A stretch of DNA of 59,687 bases from positions 1-59,687 of the IMG/VR virus record IMGVR_UViG_3300037584_004428; one strand, written 5' to 3'. Under the pieces are notes generated by a model, which was not told the origin of the DNA, searched no databases, and worked only from the letters and a program-made list of their open reading frames with translations. Each line of letters begins with the position of its first letter. Position 1 is the first letter of the stretch. The DNA is from a virus. Its lineage: Duplodnaviria > Caudoviricetes. The position numbers were made by a program, and so were the translations under genes. Positions 24,746 through 36,100 of this stretch are shown one piece after another.

Positions 24746-27180
24746 TGGTAGATGTTAAAATTGATATAAACCCAGTTGGGTTTCCGGATTTATTTGTTTC
24801 TGATAGTGAAAAAGATACAGTAGAGTATGGATTGCAAATTGGACAGGCAATTCAGTACGAATGGTTTCGTAAAGATAGTAGCACTTGTAGGTTTTATTCT
24901 CAATGGAGAGATTACCATAGACTACGACTTTATGCTAGAGGCGAACAGTCAGTTCAGAAATATAAAAATGAATTAGCAATTGATGGAGATTTAAGTTATT
25001 TAAACTTAGATTGGACTCCAGTTCCTATCATTCCAAAGTTTGTAGACATTGTTGTAAATGGTATGTCGGACAGATTATTTAAGGTACAAGCGTATGCTCA
25101 AGATGCCTTGTCTGCAGAAAAAAGATCTTCCTTTCAAGACATGATCGAATCAGACATGGTTGCTAAACCTATACTTTCTCAAATACAAAAAGGCTTTGGA
25201 GTAAATCCTTTTGCTACTGATCCTGATGAACTTCCAAACAATGATGAAGAACTGGCTTTATACATGCAATTAAATTACAAGCCAGGGATAGAGATAGCTG
25301 AAGAAGAGGCTATAAATACTTTGTTTGAAGAAAATCATTATTCACATATTAGAAGACGCGTTGATTATGACATTACAGTATTAGGTATTGGAATTACTAA
25401 ACAGTATTTTTTACCGGGTGAGGGTGTAAAAATAGATTATGTGGATCCTGCAAATGTAGTGTACAGTTATACTGAAGACCCTTACTTCAAAGATTGTTTT
25501 TATTGGGGTGAAATAAAAACTGTTCCAATGACTGAGCTTCCTAAAATAGACCCTACGTTGACAAATGAAGATTTAGAGGAGATAGCAAAATATAGTCAAG
25601 CTTGGTATGATTATTATAATGTAGCTCAGTTTTATGAAAACAGTGTTTTTTATAGAGACACAGCAACCTTGTTATACTTTAATTATAAAACTACAAATTC
25701 AATAGTATACAAAAAGAAAAAATTAGACGGTGGAGGCGCTAGGGTTATTGAGAAAAACGATGAGTTCAACCCTCCAGAAGAAATGATGGAAGAAGGCAAC
25801 TTTGAAAAAGTTGAAAAGAAAATTGATGTTTGGTATGAGGGTGTTATGGTAATGGGTACAAACATAGTGTTACAGTGGAAAAAAATGGAGAACATGGTTA
25901 GACCTCAATCGGCTTCTCAACACGCTATGCCTAATTACATCGCTTGTGCCCCAAGAATGTATAAGGGAATTATAGAGTCTTTGGTAAGACGTATGATTAC
26001 GTTTGCTGATTTAATACAGATGACTCACTTAAAATTACAACAGGTAATTGCTAGAACTGTGCCAGATGGTGTGTTCATTGATGCAGATGGATTAAATGAG
26101 GTTGATTTAGGAACAGGAAACGCTTATAACCCACAAGACGCATTAAGGTTGTATTTTCAAACAGGTTCTGTAATAGGAAGAAGTTACACTCAAGATGGGG
26201 AGTTTAATAATGCTAGAGTGCCAATACAGCAATTAACAGCTAGTAGTGGTCAGGGAAAAATAAATAGTTTGGTTGGTACGTACAATCATTATATGGATAT
26301 GTTAAGAAGTGTAACCGGATTGAATGAAGCGAGAGACGGAACTAAGCCAGATCCTTATGCGTTAGTAGGTGTTCAAAAATTAGCAGCATTAAATTCAAAT
26401 ACTGCAACTAGACATATTCTACAAGGTAGCTTATATATTACGCAAACATTAGCTGAAGCCCTGTCTATTAGAGTAGCTGATATTTTACAATATGCAGAAT
26501 TCAAAGAAGAGTTTAAAATGCAGATAGGTAAATATAATGTAGGAATCCTGGAGGAGATAAATGATTTATACATATATGACTTTGGTATATTTATAGAGGT
26601 TGCTCCTGACGAAGAAGAGAAAGCTCAATTAGAGCAAAACATTCAGATGGCATTATCTAAAAACGATATTAACTTAGAAGATGCAATAGATATAAGAGAG
26701 CTTAAAAACATAAAGTTAGCTAATCAATTACTAAAAGTAAAAAGACAAAAGAAACAAGAAAAAGATCAGCAGTTTGCCATGACTCAAAAACAAATGGATG
26801 CGCAGACAAAAATGCAGGTTCAACAAATGCAGGCCGAACAAGAAATGAGAAAGATACAAATGGAAGGTCAAATGCAAATGCAAGCTAAACAGGCTGAAGT
26901 AGCTTTTGATATAGAGAAGTTGAAAAACGAAGCAATGTTAAAACGTGAGTTGATGCAAGTAGAGTTCGATTTCAACATGCAGTTAAAGGGTAGAGAAGAG
27001 CAGGCTATAGATAAAAGAGAACAGGAAAGGGAAAAAGCTAAAAACAAACGAATTAGTCAAGCTAACACTGAGCAGTCACAATTGATTCAGCAAAGAAAAA
27101 ACAATCTACCGCCGATTAGCTTTGAATCAAATGAAGATACACTGGATGGATTTGACTTAGCAGAATTCGAGCCTAGATAA
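24745..27180 (+). CDS. Portal protein (crAss-like)
   Basis: 811 aa directly after terL; LDWTPVPIIPKFVDIVVNG, TGLNEARDG, Q-rich C-terminal coiled coil. Confidence 0.85.
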   Translation: MVDVKIDINPVGFPDLFVSDSEKDTVEYGLQIGQAIQYEWFRKDSSTCRFYSQWRDYHRLRLYARGEQSVQKYKNELAIDGDLSYLNLDWTPVPIIPKFVDIVVNGMSDRLFKVQAYAQDALSAEKRSSFQDMIESDMVAKPILSQIQKGFGVNPFATDPDELPNNDEELALYMQLNYKPGIEIAEEEAINTLFEENHYSHIRRRVDYDITVLGIGITKQYFLPGEGVKIDYVDPANVVYSYTEDPYFKDCFYWGEIKTVPMTELPKIDPTLTNEDLEEIAKYSQAWYDYYNVAQFYENSVFYRDTATLLYFNYKTTNSIVYKKKKLDGGGARVIEKNDEFNPPEEMMEEGNFEKVEKKIDVWYEGVMVMGTNIVLQWKKMENMVRPQSASQHAMPNYIACAPRMYKGIIESLVRRMITFADLIQMTHLKLQQVIARTVPDGVFIDADGLNEVDLGTGNAYNPQDALRLYFQTGSVIGRSYTQDGEFNNARVPIQQLTASSGQGKINSLVGTYNHYMDMLRSVTGLNEARDGTKPDPYALVGVQKLAALNSNTATRHILQGSLYITQTLAEALSIRVADILQYAEFKEEFKMQIGKYNVGILEEINDLYIYDFGIFIEVAPDEEEKAQLEQNIQMALSKNDINLEDAIDIRELKNIKLANQLLKVKRQKKQEKDQQFAMTQKQMDAQTKMQVQQMQAEQEMRKIQMEGQMQMQAKQAEVAFDIEKLKNEAMLKRELMQVEFDFNMQLKGREEQAIDKREQEREKAKNKRISQANTEQSQLIQQRKNNLPPISFESNEDTLDGFDLAEFEPR

Positions 27181-27725
27181 TGTTTGATAATTTTAATATT
27201 GAGAAATACAAGCAAATTAGTTTCCCTAAAGACAACTCCTTAAGAACATTGGGCGAAATAAAAAAATTAAAACTAATGCCATTAAATAAAGTTTTGCCAT
27301 TTAAATATGACGATATAGGTAATGTATTTCAAAATATTTTTTCACACCGAGCAGAATCTTTTCCATACAGGGTGGTGCAAAAATTGATAGAAGAATCTGA
27401 GCCTGTAATTAAAAAAATAAAAAACTATCATAATAGACCAAGGCCTAATGTAAATGCAAAAAAATTTAAGATTGATTTAGATTATTTAAAAATGAAAAGT
27501 GCACAAACGCCAGCATTTCCATCAGGTCACTCAGCGCAATCAAAATTAGTGGCATTAGCATTAACAGATATTTACCCTCATTTAAAAAGAGAATTTGATA
27601 AAGCCGCTGAAAATATATCTAATAGTAGAATAGTTGCAAGAGTGCATTATGAATCAGATAAAACAGTGGGGGAAAAATTAGGAGTAGATCTTTATAACCA
27701 TATAAAGCATCTTAAATATATTTAG
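27180..27725 (+). CDS. PAP2-superfamily phosphatase (haloperoxidase-like)
   Basis: All three motifs present: K-X6-RP (KNYHNRPRP), PSGH, SR-X5-H-X3-D (SRIVARVHYESD). Confidence 0.85.
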   Translation: MFDNFNIEKYKQISFPKDNSLRTLGEIKKLKLMPLNKVLPFKYDDIGNVFQNIFSHRAESFPYRVVQKLIEESEPVIKKIKNYHNRPRPNVNAKKFKIDLDYLKMKSAQTPAFPSGHSAQSKLVALALTDIYPHLKREFDKAAENISNSRIVARVHYESDKTVGEKLGVDLYNHIKHLKYI

Positions 27726-27735
27726 AATTATTGTT

Positions 27736-27743
27736 TAACTTTG
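27736..27743 (+). promoter_or_regulatory. Putative -7 box TAACTTTG upstream of scaffold and capsid genes
   Basis: TAnnTTTG 15 nt before ATG 27759. Confidence 0.65.
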
Positions 27744-27758
27744 TAAAAATTAAATCAA

Positions 27759-28928
27759 ATGGAAATAAAAGTAAGAGATTTAGGTGAAATAGAATCTAAG
27801 TCAACACAAGAAATCGAAAAACAACTATTGGAGAAACACGAAGCTCAACAAGAGTCGATGGATAATCCAAAGCCACAAGACGAGGTTCAACGAGTAAACC
27901 TCCAAGAGACTCCAAAGGAAACTCCCAAGGAAGAAAAAGTGGTTGAAGAAAAAATTGAAGAACCTGTTGTAGAAGCACCTAGTGAGCCTACACCAGAGAT
28001 GTCTGAAAATGACGTTCTTTCATATATTGCAAACAAGTATGGCGAAGAAGTAAGTTCGCTAGACGACTTCATTGTAAAGCGAAGTTCATCTGAAGAATTA
28101 CCGGAGGATGTAAAAGCTTACTTTGATTATAAAAAAGAAACAGGAAGAGGAATAGATGATTTTGTTAGATTACAACAAGATTATGATTCAATGAATCCTG
28201 ATTCTTTGATTGCTAATTATTATTCTGCAACAGAAGAAGGATTAGATTCAGAGGATATTAAATATCTAATGGATGATAAATTTGGATTTGATGAAGAATT
28301 AGATGATGAAAAAGAAAAAAAGAAAAAACAATTAGCAAAAAAAAGAGAGCTATCTAAAGCTAAGAAATACTTTAAAGAGCAAAAAGAAAAATACAAACTA
28401 CCTCTTGAGTCAAGAGAAGTTGTTTCTGAAAGCAATAAAAAGGAAGTCGAAGCTTATAGAAAGTACATAGAGGAAAATGCTGCGTATGAAAAAGATGCAG
28501 CGCAGAAGCTACAGTGGTTCAAAGAAGAAACTAATAAAGTCTTTAATAAAGATTTCAAAGGTTTTGAGTTTGTTATTAACGAAAAGAAAATTTCTTATTT
28601 ACCTGGGTCTGTAGAGGAGGTTAAAAATAGTCAATCAAGTATCGAAAATTTTATTGGAAGATATGTTGACGATAAAGGATTGGTTAAAAACACCTCGCAG
28701 TATCATAGGGCTTTATCTATGGCAATGAATCCGGACAAGTACGCCAAGTTCTTTTACGAGCAAGGCAAGGCGGATGCAGTAGACAGTATATCTAAAAAAA
28801 CAAAAAATATAAATATGGATGTAAGGTCTGCTCCACAAGTCACATCAAAATCTGGATTTAAAGTAAGATCATTAAATCAAGACTCAGGTCGAGGTTTGAA
28901 GATCAGGAGTATAAAAAAAAGTAATTAA
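27759..28928 (+). CDS. Putative capsid scaffolding protein
   Basis: Acidic, helical 389 aa immediately upstream of the major capsid gene. Confidence 0.65.
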   Translation: MEIKVRDLGEIESKSTQEIEKQLLEKHEAQQESMDNPKPQDEVQRVNLQETPKETPKEEKVVEEKIEEPVVEAPSEPTPEMSENDVLSYIANKYGEEVSSLDDFIVKRSSSEELPEDVKAYFDYKKETGRGIDDFVRLQQDYDSMNPDSLIANYYSATEEGLDSEDIKYLMDDKFGFDEELDDEKEKKKKQLAKKRELSKAKKYFKEQKEKYKLPLESREVVSESNKKEVEAYRKYIEENAAYEKDAAQKLQWFKEETNKVFNKDFKGFEFVINEKKISYLPGSVEEVKNSQSSIENFIGRYVDDKGLVKNTSQYHRALSMAMNPDKYAKFFYEQGKADAVDSISKKTKNINMDVRSAPQVTSKSGFKVRSLNQDSGRGLKIRSIKKSN

Positions 28929-28951
28929 TAACAATTTAAAAATTAAAAATT

Positions 28952-30382
28952 ATGGCTGGTTCAGTTAAAGCTACTCCTACTTTTGCATTACAACCTAGTG
29001 CAGAAAGAGTAGCCGTACAATCAAACTATATAACTAACTTTAACTTCTTAAATCAGTATCTACCGGATACTTATGAAAAGGAGTTTGAGAGATACGGGAA
29101 TAGAACAGTGGCATCATTCTTAAGAATGGTAGGCGCTGAAATGCCTTCTAACTCTGACCTTATCAAATGGGCGGAGCAAGGAAGATTACACACTAAATAC
29201 ACTAACGTTACTTCAGGTGCGGCAGCAGCTCAAGACGTAGCTACATTAACAGTTAATGACGCACTTGTACCAGGTACAGGCGGAATTGCTATTAGAGTAG
29301 GTCAAACATTTATGTTATCTGACAGTTCAATTGGTTCTACTAACAGCAACAAAGGTATCGTTACTGCAGTAAACTATGGTGCAGGTACTATTGATGTTGC
29401 ATACTATGAAGCAGGTGGTCAGACAATGGCTGCAGGTGTACAGTGTTCATTATTTATCTATGGTTCTGAATTCCAAAAAGGTTCAGTTGCTATGGCTAAT
29501 TCATTAGAGGCTGATGACGTGATCTTCAGCAATAGCCCAATTATCATTAAAGATCTTTACGAAGTATCTGGTTCTGATATGGCGCAAATCGGATGGATTG
29601 AAGTAACTACTGAAAATGGAGCTACAGGATACCTATGGTATTTAAAATCAGAGCATGAAACAAGACTAAGATTTGAAGATTACCTAGAGACAGCAATGGT
29701 GGAAGCAGTTCCAGCAGAAGCAGGTTCTGGTGTGGCAGCTATCGCGGCTGGTGTAGCATCAGGTACAGGTAACAAAGGATCTGAAGGATTATTTTATGTA
29801 TTAGGTCAAAGAGGAAATGTATGGGGCGGTGGAATTCCAGCGGCTTTAGCAGACTTTGACGCTGTTATTCAGAGATTAGATAAGCAAGGTGCTATCGAAG
29901 AAAATGTATTATTCGTGAACAGAGAGTTTTCTTTTGACATTGATGATATGTTAGCTGCACAGAATTCATACGGTGCAGGTGGTAGTTCTTACGGATTATT
30001 TGATAATGACGAAGAAATGGCATTGAATTTAGGATTCTCTGGGTTCAGAAGAGGTTATGACTTCTACAAAACAGATTGGAAATACCTTAACGATCCTACT
30101 ATGAGAGGAGATATTGTTGGAGGAAAAATCAACGGTGTACTTGTACCTGCTGGTTCTACTTCAGTATATGATCAAATCTTAGGTAAGAACGCTAAGAGAC
30201 CATTCTTACACGTAAGATATAGAGCTTCTGAAACTGAAGATAGAAGATACAAAACATGGATTACTGGTTCTGCTGGTGGCGCTGCTACTTCAGGAACTGA
30301 CGTAATGCAGGTTAACTTCTTATCAGAAAGAGCGCTTTGTACTTTAGGTGCAAACAACTTCTTCTTATTCCAAAATGCATAA
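28952..30382 (+). CDS. Major capsid protein (crAss-like)
   Basis: 476 aa; QYLPD.YEKEFERYGNR, WAEQGRLH, GF..FRRGYDFYK, FLSERALCTLGANNF; followed by a hairpin. Confidence 0.85.
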   Translation: MAGSVKATPTFALQPSAERVAVQSNYITNFNFLNQYLPDTYEKEFERYGNRTVASFLRMVGAEMPSNSDLIKWAEQGRLHTKYTNVTSGAAAAQDVATLTVNDALVPGTGGIAIRVGQTFMLSDSSIGSTNSNKGIVTAVNYGAGTIDVAYYEAGGQTMAAGVQCSLFIYGSEFQKGSVAMANSLEADDVIFSNSPIIIKDLYEVSGSDMAQIGWIEVTTENGATGYLWYLKSEHETRLRFEDYLETAMVEAVPAEAGSGVAAIAAGVASGTGNKGSEGLFYVLGQRGNVWGGGIPAALADFDAVIQRLDKQGAIEENVLFVNREFSFDIDDMLAAQNSYGAGGSSYGLFDNDEEMALNLGFSGFRRGYDFYKTDWKYLNDPTMRGDIVGGKINGVLVPAGSTSVYDQILGKNAKRPFLHVRYRASETEDRRYKTWITGSAGGAATSGTDVMQVNFLSERALCTLGANNFFLFQNA

Positions 30383-30396
30383 TAAGTAGTTTAATA

Positions 30397-30431
30397 ATAT
30401 CAGGGGGTGATTTTCACCCCCTAGATATTTT
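30397..30431 (+). terminator. Putative intrinsic terminator after the major capsid gene
   Basis: AGGGGGTGA-TTT-TCACCCCCT 9-bp stem, ATATC/GATAT extension, short T tract. Confidence 0.7.
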
Positions 30432-30454
30432 ACATAAATTTTAAATTAAATCAA

Positions 30455-31207
30455 ATGAAAAAAATAAAAAAAGTATACGAAGATAAAGTATACAGACTTA
30501 GAAGGGATGCAGCACCTCTTTCTTACATGCTGTCAACTAAACACACTAAAAGAAAAGCATTATTATATTTTGACGAAGAGACGGGAGTCAATAGAGCTTT
30601 GCGTTATGCTAGAAATCAAAAATCAGTTTTTGAAGATGAGCAAGATGGCAACGCCATATTAGAGCCTATAATTTTTGAAGAAGGAATGCTTAGAGTCGCA
30701 AGACAAAACCAAATACTACAAGAGTTTCTTTCATTACATCCAGGTAATGGTAATATTTTTTATGAAGTAAATAATGAAAAAGACGCAAATGCTGACATGG
30801 AAGCTATGAACTTTGAATTAGAAGCTCAGGTCGCTGCACGCGATTTAAGCCTATCTAAGCTCGAAAGTATCTCTAGGGTTATATTAGGGGTAAGAGCGGA
30901 TAAAATGACGACAGCGGAGCTTAAAAGAGATATTATGATATTTGCTAGAAGAGATCCTCAAGAATTTTTAGATCTTATAAATGATCCTATGGTTGAACTA
31001 CAGGATGAAGTGGTTAGATTTTTTAGTGCCACTTTGCTTCAAATGAGAAATAAAAATAGAGATGTGTATTTTAATTTAAAGAAAAATAAAACTAAAATGC
31101 TTACTGTTCCTCATGGGGAAGAGCCATCTTATATTGTAGCGTCATATTTTCAAACAGATGAAGGAGTAGAATCTTACAAGTTGTTAAAGAAAATGTTAGA
31201 CAAATAA
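30455..31207 (+). CDS. Hypothetical protein in the structural module
   Basis: 250-aa ORF between the capsid and tail genes. Confidence 0.7.
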   Translation: MKKIKKVYEDKVYRLRRDAAPLSYMLSTKHTKRKALLYFDEETGVNRALRYARNQKSVFEDEQDGNAILEPIIFEEGMLRVARQNQILQEFLSLHPGNGNIFYEVNNEKDANADMEAMNFELEAQVAARDLSLSKLESISRVILGVRADKMTTAELKRDIMIFARRDPQEFLDLINDPMVELQDEVVRFFSATLLQMRNKNRDVYFNLKKNKTKMLTVPHGEEPSYIVASYFQTDEGVESYKLLKKMLDK

Positions 31208-31249
31208 AGGAGTATATCCTCGAATAAATCAAATCGTCTTTTTTTTATG

Positions 31250-31257
31250 TATCTTTG
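31250..31257 (+). promoter_or_regulatory. Putative -7 box TATCTTTG upstream of tail genes
   Basis: Intergenic TAnnTTTG 17 nt before ATG 31275. Confidence 0.7.
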
Positions 31258-31274
31258 TATAAACACGTGATACG

Positions 31275-32225
31275 ATGATAAACGAAGTACGAAATGCAGT
31301 CATGGCTGTAATAAATAAAAATAACTACGGATATATTTCTCCCAGTGATTTTAATTTATTTGCAGAGCAAGCTCAACTTGATATATTCGAGGATTATTTC
31401 TATTTATATAACAATCAGCTAAATGCTGAGGTGATGCGTAAATCCGGAACGGGATATGCAAATATCACTAAAGGTATTATTGAAGTTATAGATAGTTTTT
31501 CTGTTAACACATTTTTAACTCAAGCTAACGCCAACACCTACACATTACCTAGTGATTATTATTTAGTAGATAAAATATTTTACTACTCAAACGTACTAAC
31601 GTCAGGGGTTTCAGACACCTCTGGTGCATTTGATCTTACAGATATTAATCAGACTTTTAAAAGTACAGTTCAGGTTGGAAACCTAGTGGTTAACACGACA
31701 GACAAAACACAAGCTTTTGTTACAATAGTTGCAAGCGACAAACAAATTCGTTTAAGTGAAGATATTTTAAGCACTGCAGGAAAAAATTATGTTATTTACT
31801 CAAACACTCACATAAGAGAAGTAGAAAGAGTTACACAAAATAAAATATTTTATCTAACCAATTCTAATATTGCTGCTCCTACTACTATGTTCCCAGCATA
31901 TGTATTAGATAGTGCAACTGGAACGGCATTAGGGAATACAGTTACCGTTTACCCTACAACTATCACTGGAGCAGCGGATATACATGCACAATATGTCAGG
32001 TATCCATTAGCGCCGAAATGGACGTTTACTACTTTATCAGGAGGTGAGCCAGTGTTTAATGCGTCTGCAGCAGACTACCAAGATTTTGAACTACCTACCT
32101 CAGACATGAATGGCTTAGTAAATAAAATATTACAATACGCAGGCGTCTCAATAAGAGAGGTAGATGTAGCTAAGTTTGGGCAATCATTAGAATCAGAAGA
32201 TAGATTAACAGAAACCACACAATAA
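31275..32225 (+). CDS. Tail ring / head-tail adaptor protein
   Basis: INKNNYGYISP.DFNLFA.QAQ and QDFELP...KILQYAGVSIRE; position after the capsid gene. Confidence 0.65.
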   Translation: MINEVRNAVMAVINKNNYGYISPSDFNLFAEQAQLDIFEDYFYLYNNQLNAEVMRKSGTGYANITKGIIEVIDSFSVNTFLTQANANTYTLPSDYYLVDKIFYYSNVLTSGVSDTSGAFDLTDINQTFKSTVQVGNLVVNTTDKTQAFVTIVASDKQIRLSEDILSTAGKNYVIYSNTHIREVERVTQNKIFYLTNSNIAAPTTMFPAYVLDSATGTALGNTVTVYPTTITGAADIHAQYVRYPLAPKWTFTTLSGGEPVFNASAADYQDFELPTSDMNGLVNKILQYAGVSIREVDVAKFGQSLESEDRLTETTQ

Positions 32226-32229
32226 GATT

Positions 32230-33150
32230 ATGGCATACTTAACAGGTTATCAATATTATGAAAATTCAGGAACCGCTCCTACAAATCAAAACTGGGGTAG
32301 CTATCAATATGTTTCATTGGAAGATATTGTAAACAACTTCATGCTTATATACAATGACAATCTTCAGCTTATTAATAATGTTACTAGGTATCAAGTTTTG
32401 TTTTTTGCAAAACGAGCTATTCAAGAATTAAATTACGATGCATTCAAAGAAGTAAAAGTTTTAGAGCTAGATGTTAGTGATCAACTACGTTTTGTTTTAC
32501 CACCAGATTTTGTAAACTACGTAAGAATATCAATGTTTAAAGATGGAATGCTTTATCCATTAAGTGAGAACATACAAATTAACTCAGCCACAAGTTATCT
32601 GCAGGATAACAATTGTGATATTTTATTTGATGTAAATGGAAATATTTTGCAAGCTGAATTTTCTACAGTAGATAGAGAAAGAATTGCTGGTACAAAAAAA
32701 TCAATCTACTTAGGTCACGGCCCTTACAACGGAAGAGAAGGGTTCTGCGTGGATGGATGCTGGTATTTTAACTACAGAATTGGAGCTAGATTTGGATTGA
32801 ATACTGAAACAGCAAACATAAATCCAACATATAGAATAGATAAAAAAGCAGGTGTAATTAATTTTAGTTCAGGTATGGCTAATCAATTATGTGTACTAGA
32901 GTATGTTTCTGATGGAATGGAAAACGGAGATGACAGCGCTGTGAGTGTTAACAAATTATTTGAAGACTATATATATGCATATATTAAATACGCTATATTG
33001 AATTCAAAGCTAGGAGTACAAGAGTATATAGTTAATAGAGTAAGAAAAGATAAATCAGCTCTTCTAAGAAATGCAAAAATTCGCCTAAGCGACATACATC
33101 CAGGTAGGCTTTTAATGAATCTTAGAGGTCAAGCAAAGTGGATTAAATGA
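32230..33150 (+). CDS. Tail ring / tubular protein
   Basis: KRAIQELNYD, LPPDFVNYVRIS, LEYVSDG, LRNAKIRLS. Confidence 0.65.
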   Translation: MAYLTGYQYYENSGTAPTNQNWGSYQYVSLEDIVNNFMLIYNDNLQLINNVTRYQVLFFAKRAIQELNYDAFKEVKVLELDVSDQLRFVLPPDFVNYVRISMFKDGMLYPLSENIQINSATSYLQDNNCDILFDVNGNILQAEFSTVDRERIAGTKKSIYLGHGPYNGREGFCVDGCWYFNYRIGARFGLNTETANINPTYRIDKKAGVINFSSGMANQLCVLEYVSDGMENGDDSAVSVNKLFEDYIYAYIKYAILNSKLGVQEYIVNRVRKDKSALLRNAKIRLSDIHPGRLLMNLRGQAKWIK

Positions 33151-36100
33151 CAGTAATACAAACTAATTTTATTAAAGGCCGAATGAATAAATCGGTCGAT
33201 GAAAGATTACTTCCGCCGGGAGAATATGTAGATGCACTGAATGTAAGGCTTGGGTCTACTGAAGATACAGAAATAGGTTCTGTAGAAAATTCCAAAGGAA
33301 ACTCTATATTAGCTACTCTCTCTTATAATGGAGTGAACTTAGATCCTCAGGTTACGGATACAAGATGCATTGGAACCTTGGAGGATGGAGTAAATAACAC
33401 GATTTATTGGTTTGTTCACTCGATAGACAAAACACTAACTATATTGCCAACAGGGAAAGCTGACATGATTGTGTCATACAATGTGATAAACAATAACTTA
33501 ATATACCATGTAATATCTACAAGTGTTTTAAATTTTGATTCTTCGTATTTGATTAACGCAGTAAATAAAATTGACAACCTTTTGTTTTTTACAGATAATA
33601 TAAACCCTCCTAGGTGTATTAATGTAGAAAGAACTTATTTGCCGCCAACCGCTTTGAATGTAGATCAAATTACAGCCGCAGAATTAAATGTTATCAAGGC
33701 GCCACCAATGAGCGCCCCTACTGTAAATCTTTTGCAGTCAGGACAAGAAGAAAATTTTCTTAAAAAAAACATAATTAGTTTTGCTTACAGGTATCAATAC
33801 TTAGACAACGAATACTCCGCTATATCTCAATTTAGTGACATCGCTTTTGTGCCTGACTTTTTTAGTTTAAATACCAGTGATTTATCTAATTCAGGGATGC
33901 AGAACGTGTTCAATACCGCAGAGATTTCATTTAATACAGGAAGTAAATTAGTCAAAGAAATAGATTTGCTGTTTAAATATGCAAATCAACCCGGTGTGTA
34001 TGTTATTGAAAAATTTAACAAAGGTATTTTAGGGTGGTCTAATAATATAACTAGAACACAAAGTTTTAGACACAACCAAATATATACTGCATTAGCCGAC
34101 AATCAACTAACAAGACTATTTGACAATGTTCCTAGAACAGCTAAGTCACAAACGATTATGGCCAATAGATTGATGTACGGTAATTATGTTGATGGATACA
34201 ATGTAAATAGCCAGCTGAATTATACCGTTGCATTAAACAGAGAGTTAATTAATCTAAATGAATTTACAGGCGTATTGTCAAATGGCGCTTATACTATAGA
34301 CATTAGCAAAACAATAACTAATTCAGTTGTCACATTTGATTACACAGATATTGATAGTCCAGACTCATTAAAGAAAGATTCCCAAATCGGTTTTCAATTT
34401 AATTTTAGATCAGCTGATTTTGATGCGCCGGGCGGAGGGGCTCCCCCAGGTACACCGAATCAAGGTTTAACTGAAATTACTTTTACCATTACACTTAATC
34501 AAGACTACAATAGTATTTATGACTTCTTTAATGGAACTTTTGTAGCCCAGCAAGTAAGCTCAGGGGTTGCAGGCCCATTTATGACTAACAATCCTTGTAA
34601 CGAAACTACCTTTACAGATATTTTAAATTGCGCTATTGCAGATCAATCTTCATTCTTACACTCATATTCTGGTATAGACAATAGAGATGAGGGTATAAAA
34701 ATTACAACCAGTCCGGGTAGCTCATCAGTTAGTTTACAATTAGTAGCGGCTGAATTTGACGACTCTTCATCGGGTGCCGCAACTACTGATATGTATGGGT
34801 ACTATCAATTTACAGCTGCACAATCAGATTACTCTTCAAAAGGAAATAGAAAAAGTCTACATAGCAATAGAAATTATGATGTGGGAATAGTGTACATGGA
34901 TGAATATTTAAGAAGCACCACAGCTTTAACTTCTCCAAATAACACAATTTATGTGCAGCCCTCGAGCTCGATAACAGCAAACAGCTTAAAGGTTACAATA
35001 CCTACTACAATGAATCCGCCAAGTTGGGCAAGCAAATATAAGTTTGTGGTGAAAAGGGCGGAAGATACTTATGAAACAATATATTCAGTAATTGCATTTG
35101 ATGACGACTCTACTAATTCAGTGTGGATTAGGCTTGAAGGTGATAATCAAGTAAAAACAAAGAAAGGGGACACATTAGTTGTAAAAGCAGATGTTAGTGG
35201 CCCTCTAAACACAATAGTAACCACTAAGGTATTAGCGATAGAGTCAAAAGCAAATAACTTTTTGACACCCGAAGCATCACAAGGTATTGGTAGCAACGCG
35301 CCATTTATTTCAGAGCCTGCGGGATTATACATGAACCTTAAACCTCAAGGCTTTACAATAACTGATGATGTGAATGGATTTTTTGATAGCGGTCAAATAG
35401 GTGGTAGAAGTGGTAAAAGAGGTGGGCCGGCGGCAAAAGCAGGGATTCCATGTTTTAAAGAAGTTATAGATGCAGGAACTGGAGCAACACAAGTTGAAAA
35501 TATAGATATACCTGAAGGATCATTAGTAAACTTTGCGTTAAGATTTAATAGAAATGCAAGTGACGGCGGATTTTTGGTGGGTAGTTCAGAACAAAAAACA
35601 TATGACTACAATAGAACAGTAGTTGCCTCTCAAGATTACAATTCAATGTTTGAATTTGTTAACGGTGAAGGTATTGATTTTACAGAAGGTGTAGCATCAG
35701 GAACTGGAACACAACCGACTAATGTATATACTAACACTATTGGTAATTTAGCGAATGATTTTGACAATATTACTTTTCAACCTAATGGTGAAAATAAATA
35801 TAGATTTTATACGGTAAACGCTACAAATCCACCTGCTCCAGGGGCAGTGGCACCCACAGATAATGGAGCAAAACTTACCCTTGGGCTTGTAAGTGGAAAT
35901 GGAGGGGATAGTGGTCAAAGAACTAGAATAGAAGGTCAGATAACAATTAATATAGGTACAGCTTCACTGATATTAGAAACAGAGCCCTTGAACGCTGACT
36001 TAGATATATACTATGAAAACAACGAAGTGTTTGAAATTACAGGAGGCTTTCATCAATCTGGAAGTAAAACAGGAGATCAAAACCAAACTGGATCGCAAGC

